From positions 141,856,001 through 141,920,000 of the forward strand of contig OZ024742.1 in the NCBI GenBank assembly GCA_964016885.1: a DNA stretch of 64,000 nt. The letters run 5' to 3'. Each line of letters opens with the position of its first letter. Positions within the stretch are counted from its first letter, which is position 1. Origin of the DNA: Eledone cirrhosa. Its lineage: Eukaryota. Below, piece by piece: positions 52,380 through 64,000 of this stretch. A program made the position numbers and the translations under genes. The notes beneath the pieces were generated by a model. It saw only the letters and a list, made by a program, of their open reading frames with translations, had not been told where the DNA came from and did not search any database.

Positions 52380-52555
<176 letters not shown>

Positions 52556-52970
52556 ATATATATATATATTATATATATATATATACAAAATATATATATA
52601 TAATTATTTATGTGTACTTGTAAAATATTTATGAAATTGTATTTATATATGTAGGTGTGTAATATCCTTTTTATATCAGTGAGTGACCAACTAAAGTAAT
52701 TCTGCAATATCCTTGCTGTAAACTCCACCTAGTGCAATCATTCAATCTTGTTTTGCTTTTATTGCCATCACTGTTATCAGATTATTAGACGCAGCAGACA
52801 CTTTCCAAGAATAAGTAGATACTTTGTAGTCACCGGTAGCAATTCATGTCTTGCAGAGGTTATATAAAAAGAACCATAAAAATGAAAATATCCTAACAGT
52901 ATTTATTCTAACAATCTATATAATAAGAGCTAAAGTTCGTCTGTTGTAATGAATATATATATATATATAT

Positions 52971-53516
52971 CCGTAAGTACTGGGTTCAATTGGGGGTAAC
53001 TACAGTAAATGAAGTACTCAATACATTAGTACAGTATATATACAAAATTTAATATATAAATGGGTACGGTGTGTTTGGCTCTACGGAAATTTAAATTACT
53101 GATCATTTTAAAGAGATCCTCCTCAAATAGTTCAAGTAGGCTGTTGTTAGTGTGTGGTGCTTTATTGATACCAAACTTCTCATCATTGGTAGATGTTACA
53201 TCAAAGTGTTCGAAACCATGCTGACCAAACTCGACATCGACATTTCCATGAATGATATCCCCATTTCACCAAGGAAACAGTACTTTAAAACTCTAATCAG
53301 ACGTACAGACGAATTCCTCAAGCGGTTTAAATGAAGAGCCTTCTTCTTCGACCACCCTAATGTAGCATCTACCAATGATAAGAAATTTGGTTTCAAGACT
53401 AATAAGGCACGACTCACCAACAACCGACTTACCTATTTGAGGAGAACCTCTTCAAATTGATCAGAAATTTAAATTTCCGTAGAGCCAACACACCAAAGCC
53501 ATTTCTATATTTTATT
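52971..53516. mobile_element. Palindromic PLE insertion carrying the N-terminal coding region of a Naiad-type ORF
   Basis: Diverged arms ~53045-53201 / 53359-53512. The plus strand translates MNDIPISPRKQYFKTLIRRTDEFLKRFK*RAFFF...FGFKT...FEENLFKLIRNLNFR. A tail with TATTGAGTAC lies at 53013-53024 (-). Confidence 0.7.
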
Positions 53517-53531
53517 TTGTGTGTGTGTGTA

Positions 53532-53579
<48 letters not shown>

Positions 53580-53584
<5 letters not shown>

Positions 53585-53772
53585 AACAAGTAAGACCCCG
53601 ACGGCTGAGCTCAAGCCGTTTCGACGGCTAATTCTGAGACAGAATTAGCCGTCGAAACGGCTTGAGCTCAGCCGTCGGGGTCTTACTAGTTCCTATTACC
53701 CACTCTACTACCCTAAGTATTGAGTACTTTGGTGCGTTATGGCCCACCTGGTTCCTTACCACATTTCCTTCG

Positions 53773-53773
<1 letters not shown>
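53580..53773 (+). mobile_element. Non-autonomous palindromic element, copy 2
   Basis: Same palindrome and tail as 6746-6939, flanked by (TA)n. Confidence 0.85.
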
Positions 53774-53828
<55 letters not shown>

Positions 53829-53867
53829 ATTTATTGGCCACAGATATATACTAAAGTTCGTCTATTG

Positions 53868-53921
<54 letters not shown>

Positions 53922-53924
<3 letters not shown>

Positions 53925-54070
53925 GATATTAAACAAATGGAAACTATATTTATAAAACCATATTTATTTCATTATACATATTTCGGGGATACCATATTAA
54001 AAATATGGCATGCCTTCTTCAGATAAAATACAATATATAAACAGTTTTATAAATAATTTTGACGTATATA
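53922..54070 (-). mobile_element. PLE family B terminus with hammerhead motif
   Basis: Reverse complement of ~13215-13358. Confidence 0.8.
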
Positions 54071-54113
54071 AAATATTTACTTGTTGTAACCCAACAATTT
54101 TAAATAAAACTTT

Positions 54114-54180
<67 letters not shown>

Positions 54181-54298
54181 TCATGGTGTGTAATATTTAG
54201 TTACTGATGGTTCACCAGTTTGAATACACAAGGCTGATATGTGGATCGGGTTACTGATGTGATGTTCTACATTTGCATTTTTACCATTATCGAGAATC

Positions 54299-54389
54299 CA
54301 CAAGTCTGATGAGCTATCGGCTCCAGATTCGGGCCCGATCACTACCGATCGTAGCTCCAGTTGATCGATTACAAAACGCGCGTAATGTG
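54299..54389 (+). ncRNA. Degenerate hammerhead motif
   Basis: CTGATGA-GCTA...-(A)AAAC-GCGC-GTA. GAAA appears mutated to AAAA. Palindromic stem III ACGCGCGT. Confidence 0.45.
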
Positions 54390-54446
54390 TAAATAAATAT
54401 ATTGATGTTATATTGATACTTCGTTCCTACTCCTTATTATTATTCG

Positions 54447-55030
54447 GTCATTTGGCAGTATCGGTAGAGGGTCGGGCACCATGTTTTGAAGCATAGAGGA
54501 TCTGAGTTCAAATCCTGCCGAGGTTAACTTTGCCTTTCATCCTTACGGGGTCGATAAAATAAAGTACCAGTAATGCACTGATTTAATTGCTGGCCTTGTG
54601 CCTAAAGTAGAAACAATTATTACTATAACGCAAAAAATAAGTTACGACCCTTTACGTTCTGAGTTCAAATCCTGCCGAGGTTAGCTCTGCCTTTCATCCT
54701 TACGGGGTCGATAAAATAAAGTACCAGTAACGCACTGGGGTTGATGTAATCGACTTTCCCCTCTCCCAAAATTGCTGACCTTGTGCCTATAGTAAAATGC
54801 ATTATTATCACTATGGGCGGTGGATTGGCAGTATCAGTACAGTGTCGGACACCATGCTTCGAAGCATATAGTTACGTCCCTTTACGTTTCCTGAGTTCAA
54901 ATTCCGCCGAGGTTAGTTTAGCCTTTCATCCTTATGGGGGTCAATGAAATAAAGCACCAGTAATGCACTGGGGTCGATTTAATCGACTTTCGCCTCCCAA
55001 ATTGCTGGCCTTGTGCCTGTGGTAGAAATC
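54447..55030 (+). mobile_element. Three tandem SINE copies (54447-54620, 54640-54805, 54817-55030)
   Basis: Three B boxes and central domains, each ending in an (ATT)n-like tail. Confidence 0.85.
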
Positions 55031-56221
55031 ATTATTATTATTATCATGTACGAAATATATTATTATGTGTACGAAATTAAATATTTTGGCAAAAGCCTGG
55101 AGGCTGACTAGACCAGTGCTTATCCCAGTGTCATTAGTGCTAAGTGGCTGAGAGTTCAAGTCCTACCCCCTGGAAAGGATGCTTGTCTAAAGATTAACAA
55201 TCTAAAAGTTAACTCCAGCCACTGCTAGTAAGCATTTTCAGCTGAATGTATTGGAGTCACGTAGAATGAAGTGTTTTGCTGGAGAAAACAACGCACTTCC
55301 CGGTCCAGGATTCGAACCCACATTATGATCATGAGTTCAGCACCCTAATCATTTGAACACGACTCTTCATTTTGTCAACTTCTCAATTTGTTTTATGTTT
55401 ACACATCACGCTACTCTATATTTACTTTAGTATTATCATCATTATTATTGTTATTGCACTCGCCCTTATAATTGTTACTGTTTTTCTTCTTATCACTGTA
55501 ATCTTCATTACTATTAGGAGTAAGGGTTTTGGGAGTATTGAACGATACAGGTCACTGTAGCACCATACTCTAGAATAGTTTTATCAGTTTTTTTTATTAT
55601 CTATCATTACTATGTACTCTTTCTTATCATCACTATATTTACTAGAAGCACCTTTTGCTAATCTGGCTAATTTATTAACATTCATTTTATCATCATCATC
55701 ATCATCATCTTATACACCACCTCCACTATTATCTCATCATCATGATGATGATGATCATCATCATCATCATCATCATAAATACTATCACTATCAGTAATCT
55801 ATTCACTGAATATTTTTCAGTTGACCACAAGACACAATATCTTAATTCTATTTGTCTTCATTTTTATTTTTATTCATTTTCTAGTATTGATTGATATACA
55901 CTCACTTACCTGTTTAATTTATCTCAATTTATCCTTTAAATTTGATTTATTTTGTTTATCATCAACTCCTATTTATTATCAACATCATCTTAAATACAGT
56001 TTATTATCATCATCTTAAACAGAATCATCATAAGCATCTTCAATCCACCAGAAATGTCTGTAGCATTCTTCTATTAAGTGACATCCACTCACTCGTTATA
56101 TTTTATTTATCTATCAGCCTATATTCACTATCATCATCATCGTCCTCATCATCCCATATACGATATTTATAAACACATTCATTAGAAGCTTTTTAGTTCA
56201 CTTATCTATTCACATTATCTC

Positions 56222-56399
56222 TGGTGAATTGGCAGTATCGGTAGAGGGTTGGACGCCATGCTTTCTAGCATAGTTATGTCCCTTTACAGTCTAAGTTCAA
56301 ATCCCGTCGAGGTTAACTTTGCCTTTCATCCTTACGGGGTCGATAAAATAAAGTACCAGTAATGTACTGATTAATTGCTGGCCTTGTGCCTAAAGTAGA
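56222..56399 (+). mobile_element. tRNA-derived SINE
   Basis: SINE consensus. Confidence 0.85.
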
Positions 56400-56894
56400 T
56401 GCTTTTTTTTTTTGTCAGCACTCCTTCATACCTTTATTCTAAATCCTCCACTCCTTCCCCTCACCTCTTCATTCTTCCTTTCTTTCCCTTTCCCAATTTC
56501 TTCTTTTTTTTTCTCTCTTCCTGCTCCCTTTTTTCTCCCCCCCCCCCCCACTTCTCCCTTTCCTTTCTCCACTTCCCCTCCTGACTTTCTATGTATTCTC
56601 TCTTATTCCTGTCTTCTCACTCCCGCCTCCGACGCTCTATTTATCTTTCTTCTTTTCTCCTTATATCCTCTCACTGTCAACATCTCTCCTAAAAGCTACC
56701 CCTCACATACTCATCCCATTCATAAACACCCATCCACCTCACAGGGTCTTTCCCATTTATACTGTCTCTCTGCCACTGAATATTTTGTCTCCTCTGATAA
56801 TCTTGTCAGTACACAGGTGACACTTAAGGGTAGCAAGATCAATCAATCAGCCATAAAATCCATGACACAGCAATTTACTTTATCCAACAGCTCC

Positions 56895-56943
56895 TGATTA
56901 CTGACGATGCCACACTTGTGCGCACACTGAAAGAGCTATGCAG
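56895..56943 (+). ncRNA. Possible hammerhead motif after a pyrimidine-rich PLE-like UTR
   Basis: CTGACGA-TGCCACACTTGTGCGCA-CACT-GAAA-GAGCT-A, with weak stem I. Confidence 0.45.
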
Positions 56944-57027
56944 TGCCTTACTCATTGATTTGCAAAAGGTTCTGATTTCTCTGCATATTGTACGATTTTA
57001 AACACCTCAATGTTTCCATTAAGAAAA

Positions 57028-58530
57028 TGTATCGTCAATACCGCATTGATTATTTATCTTATGGTTTTATCGCTTCTATTCAGAATAGCCAATTACCTGT
57101 TTGTCTTATGTTTAACCAAACTTTAAGCAACGAAGCTATGAAGCCTTCACGCTTAGGGTATACTTTATATTCTAATCAAACTGACTAGAAGGAAAACCCT
57201 TTGTCATATTTCTTACAACTTAAAATCTCATTCGAAAAGCGGAGAATGTTGATCTCGGAATTTCAGAAGAACCACGCAGCAAGAAAAGTGATGATTGCGA
57301 CGTACAACATCACGTTACTGGTTGCAAAGGCATGTTATTGAAAAGGTTCTCTCAACTGTAATACATAAAAATGCCTACCACAATTACCAAAACAATTCCA
57401 CTTAATAACAATTTCTCGACGTATATATATAGCTACCGACGCTAAACATCAATTCATCCATTATCTCCGGAGTTCTGAATATTCCATACAAGTTGATGTA
57501 TCAACAGTTGTGAGGAGTCAATGTTTGATGATGGTGAATGTTCGTTATTTTAATGACAATATCCAACCTGAGATGCTGTTGAATGATCAATTGTTACTTG
57601 ACTCAAAAGGTATGTCTATTTTAGATTTATTGAAGCTTTTTTTTTAATGAGCATAACATCCTATTGAACAATATTGTCTGTGCATCTGATGCAGTATCTG
57701 ATGTTATAGGCAAAGATAGAGGTTTCTCTTCTCTCTTAAAATTTGAACTTTTACATCCAGTTTTTTACAGTTAACTGAGTGGCTAACCGACAGCATTTAA
57801 TGGCAAAATATATCAATGGGAATCTTAGTGTGTACTGCAGTAAGTTATTAAAACTGTGAACAAGCAAAAATTGGAATCTTTGTCTGAACGAAATTTTCGT
57901 CAACTCTGCCTTGATAATGATGATGACTATGTGGGGTTTTTGTAACATACTGAAGTACGATGGTGGTCAAACAGCAACTGTATTGTCCGTTTTGTCGAAC
58001 TGTTCGATGCAATAATAAATCTTTTCAAAACCCTCCACTATCCACTTCTCTGATTGCTTCAAAATGTAATACTTTTTCCTTAACAACATATTCACCAAAC
58101 TAAATGATCTCAGTATGTTATTGCAAGGAAAGCAAAAAACACTTGTCAACTGTAAATCGTCCATTGCTGTCTTAATTTCTAAATTAAAGCTATATATGCT
58201 GAACATTTCAAGATGTAACCCCACCAATTTGAACGACTGAATAGCTTGAAAGATGCATTGGTTGATGAGGATGTCATAACATATTGCGATTATTTACAAT
58301 AATTGCACGATGACATGGTACATCGATTTCAGGATATAATCTTATTGCCTGTTCCAATATGGTACGGCAAAGCAACACATTTGAAGTCCAAGTAATCGAT
58401 TGTGAAGATGATGTGCAGGAAGAATTAATATATTTACAAAAGGACAATGATGCTACAATGCAGTATCGGCTTCATGGTAAACATAGCTTGTGGTATCATC
58501 AAAGTATAGTGACATCTTATTTAAATCTAA
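57028..58530 (+). pseudogene. Decayed hAT Buster/Charlie-type transposase (SCAND3/ZBED5-like)
   Basis: RQYRIDYLSYGFI..P.CL...LSNEAMKPSRL (ORF 56988-57188). Further fragments QVDVST, HTEVRW and TKLNDLSMLLQG lie in shifting frames. Confidence 0.75.
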
Positions 58531-58717
58531 CAATATTTAATAGAATACAGTTTTAAATGGTCAAATTTGATTTCATTTGTTCTTTAATACGGTAGCAGCA
58601 TAAGTCAGTGTATTAGTTACCTCCCTTTGGTAATTTTACTACATCATAAAAGTTCAGTTTAAAAACCAGTAACAAACTTTTACCAAATATTTTTGGCATG
58701 CTTTCATATATTTACAG

Positions 58718-58849
58718 GTGGGTGGTGGAAAGTTTTTCCATGCAAAAGGGGGTAATGGCGCAAGCAAGGTTGGGAACTTTACGGCACAAAATGTCAACCA
58801 TGTGGATGTCGAAACATGTCGTGCATGGATTAGGAAACTATTTTCTTGA
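58718..58849 (+). other. Candidate terminal coding exon of an unknown host gene
   Basis: TTTACAG acceptor, then frame VGGGKFFHAKGGNGASKVGNFTAQNVNHVDVETCRAWIRKLFS*. Higher GC than the flanks. No homology recognised. Confidence 0.25.
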
Positions 58850-59847
58850 TTGTCTAAACGATGTAACCACACAGAATAGTAATAAAATTAGAGTAATATC
58901 TAAACCAACTGTACTCATGATATCAGCGAGCATGGTAGTCAAATAACTCAGTATAACATCCAAATCTGTGGTTAAGAACCGATCAGATTTTAACACTTAA
59001 AACAACAGTTGAAAATGCTATTAGATTACCTATTATCGTGACGTAAGACGACAGAATTAGATAAAAGACTGTGGAATATTGCAAACAATAACGTATTAAC
59101 TCGTTGCTAGAAACCAGAGTCACGTAAATCGTAGTATTTAAATATAAATGTGAAAGTATTATGGATTGCCATATCAACAACGTATCCTCCGTGATGTGGT
59201 TGTGTGTGTGGAAAATGATAGCTGTTCTCTAAGATGCAGCTCAGATAAATTTAACACATTATAATGTGTCCCTGAAGCCAAAACATGGATAATATAAAGT
59301 TACTCTCGTTAAGTAATTTTCTCCGATTTATTTCTTGCATGACAAATACCGTACGGTATAAAGTAGAAAATGTAATTTAATTCAGCAAGACAGTATTTAG
59401 ATGGCATTTAAAAAAAATGATTTACATTAAAACTCACTGTGCATTTAAAACACTTATAAATGTTTATCAAAAGCCGATTTATTCCAGCTTATCTATAAGT
59501 TTTCACAAAAAAAAATGACAACACATTTCTCAAGCATTCTTTCAACGGAATGTTTCAGTAATTTTATCAGTTTTAATAATAGATTAACTTAGTTACTGAC
59601 AACGGTTGTGAATTCATATATATTACATACACTAACAACGTATGATAACTGAGCGTCTCTTTGCTTTCTACAAATCTGATGGCTCTAAGAATCACGGTTT
59701 CTAGCGAGACGTTTACACATAAGAAGAGGGGTAATAATGTCCTCTAGGACGATGTAAATTCACCTTTTCGTCGCTTTTCTCTTCCTCATTTCTACCAGAA
59801 AAATGTCCAAGGTAAATCTTTCTAGCTATTGACTTGGAGAAGTTTTA

Positions 59848-60409
59848 TATGTGCGCGGTTTTGTATACCTATGGTAAGTTTTTGCGTATGCTTGTGTATG
59901 TACGTATCTGTTTGCGTGTATGTATTTATTTGTTTCTATTACTTCTGTATCGTATTTATTTACTTTGTTCTTAACTCTGTAGCGGAGATTCATTTGGTCT
60001 CCTAGTTAGAATTTTAGTCTACGACTTCTGCTATACCATTTACGTGGTTTTGTCTTTGCGTGCTATTGTTCTCCACGCTCCACATATGACTTATTATCTT
60101 CGTTTTTTCGTTCATCGCCAGAGAACGTCTCTATGCACCACCTAAGAGAACATTAGTCCATAAACGTGGTTCTGTCTTTGCGCGTAATTGTTTTTCACCG
60201 CTCCTATTAATGACGTATTATTCGTTTTTTCCCGTTCTTTGCCAGGGAACGTTTCCACGAACCAAAGTATCGTCTTCCTGTCTTCCTCCGGTTGCAACGT
60301 TTTTTTAAATATCCAGTTCTGCGTTTACAGATTGACTTTGTTAGTTTCAGAAGATCCCGTTAAGGGTGAAAGCAGCGATTCTTTGCTTAAACTTTAATCT
60401 GTTATTTTA

Positions 60410-60415
<6 letters not shown>
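59848..60415 (+). mobile_element. PLE family A 3' UTR/pLTR copy (tail-less)
   Basis: Matches ~9798-10385, including the CAGAAGA hammerhead at 60343-60393. Confidence 0.85.
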
Positions 60416-60910
<495 letters not shown>

Positions 60911-61042
60911 AAAACAAATAACGAAACGAAATTAAATTTCGTTTCGTTTGTAACTCACTTTTGTATGACTGACGCTTAAACAAGTGTATTCATATGCATA
61001 CTAGTATTTCAGTATACATATGTGGATGTACATTTTTAACTT

Positions 61043-61122
<80 letters not shown>

Positions 61123-61132
61123 TATGTATATA

Positions 61133-61170
<38 letters not shown>

Positions 61171-61795
61171 AAATATCTATATGCGTCTGTAATTTATACA
61201 AGCATATATTTATTTTTTTAATTTTCAATTGAGTTCTTAAACACGGTGGATTGATAATGTTTTAAAAAAAACTAATTAACCCGCGTGTATATTATTTTTT
61301 TTACTCATTTCGTGGATCGTGGGTTGTCTCCCCTTCCCGCTTCGTGTCGCTATGATACTTCCTCAGTCAAAAACTGCTGGAATTTCAAATTTGGCGGTCA
61401 TTCGAGGTGAGAGAGGGCAACTTTACGAACATGATTTTTGACAGCGGTAAGAAATTGTTTTCTTATATCAATGTTTAATGGGCTTCCACTGATGATTTAT
61501 AAGTGCCCACCTAAATATATTCTTAAATGTATATATATTAGGCTTCTACATAAACTGGAAACATTCTCCCAAACTTGTAGAAAACTTATAATGAAACAAT
61601 TGTTTGGAAAGAGAGATATACTTTAACTTTAAATATATCTCATAAAATAATACAACTGGTTTTTCTACATTATACATATTGTTAGCACCCCAAACACTTA
61701 AATTGGGTTTATATTTTAATATAACCTAATGTTTGTTGAGTGAGATGGTTACCAGTCAGAGTTTAGCTTTAAACTATCTCTGTTATTGTATTAAA

Positions 61796-61871
<76 letters not shown>

Positions 61872-61873
61872 AC

Positions 61874-61906
<33 letters not shown>

Positions 61907-61917
61907 CATATATATAC

Positions 61918-62000
<83 letters not shown>

Positions 62001-62003
<3 letters not shown>

Positions 62004-62470
62004 CGTTTCTTAATTTGTTTAGCAAGATTCTTTATCTGAATACGTGTGTTGAAACCGATATCGCTTTGGGAGGGTCATGTTGCCAATAAGAAACACACGC
62101 ACCAGTTGCTTTCACTCCAATTTATTATAAATTAAATTTATAAATTTAGGAATTTATAAATTTCCGGTTGGTTAGTTGGTTCCACAACCAGACGATTGTT
62201 CCTATATTGTCAAAGTTCTTTCGTCACACATTATGTGACCTCTTCAGGGACTGGGGATTCTTTTCTTTGATTTTGTGCCTCACCCTTGTTCTGTCCTACG
62301 CCATCTTGTTTTTGTGTTTGTTGTGTGCTTAGTTTGCGCATGTGTTACATCCGGGTGTCTGTGTGTGTTTATATTTGTTTATTTATTTGTTTATTTACAT
62401 GTTACTGGTTGGTTGTTTGTTCTATGTGTGTGTATGTTTTCATTGTGTGCTTAATTGTAAGTTGTGATGT
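62001..62470 (-). mobile_element. PLE 3' end with hammerhead motif (62209-62251), related to 2962-3440
   Basis: Minus strand CTGAAGA-G-GTCACA-TAATG-TGTGAC-GAAAGAACTT, with a shared GGGAGGGTCAT terminal region. Confidence 0.7.
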
Positions 62471-62473
62471 TGC

Positions 62474-63669
<1,196 letters not shown>

Positions 63670-63958
63670 AACAAGCAAATTATAAATGTAAACATGTGAG
63701 TATGTTTTTGAAACGGTGCGCGAGTTTGAAAATTTAAAATTAGAAATTATAAGCTTTCACCGTATTTTAGACTAAAGAAATTTCTAGCCTGATAGTGGGG
63801 TTTATAACCCTCGGAGAAATGGAAAAAGATGAGTGTTGCCGTACATGGGAGTCGAACCCACATCTTTGTATGTACATATACATACTTATATTTAAGTAAC
63901 AGCCGTAATAAGAGTGAGAAATGAAATTTCGTTTCATTTTTTCCGTTTATATACATAT

Positions 63959-63992
<34 letters not shown>

Positions 63993-64000
63993 ATATATAT

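Overview
AT-rich eukaryotic DNA made up almost entirely of repeats. An invertebrate, plausibly a cephalopod, is inferred from the SINE and microsatellite content and is not proven. No host gene can be called with confidence. Contents: (1) a 5'-truncated CR1-type LINE. (2) Many Penelope-like element (PLE) pieces sitting in (TA)n tracts, with Naiad-type RT/GIY-YIG remnants. (3) A ~16 kb cluster (21.8-37.6 kb) of RLE-type Dong/R4-like and APE-type Tx1-like non-LTR retrotransposons, mostly bounded by (TAA)n. (4) About 15 tRNA-derived SINE copies. (5) A hAT MITE with TIRs and an 8-bp TSD, inflated to 6.8 kb by nested insertions, and a decayed Buster/Charlie-type transposase. The most notable signal is non-coding. 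More than a dozen type-I hammerhead ribozyme motifs from about ten unrelated families occur, some with family-wide non-canonical cores. They are mostly embedded in asymmetric palindromes with the layout (TA)n-[inverted tail-less arm]-[copy]-[tail]-(TA)n. The tails share a TATTGAGTAC-like motif ~40-50 nt from the 3' end. One palindrome arm has been amplified into a 10-unit CRISPR-looking array with (TA)n spacers. Most long YI/CV/TH ORFs in the track are microsatellite artefacts.
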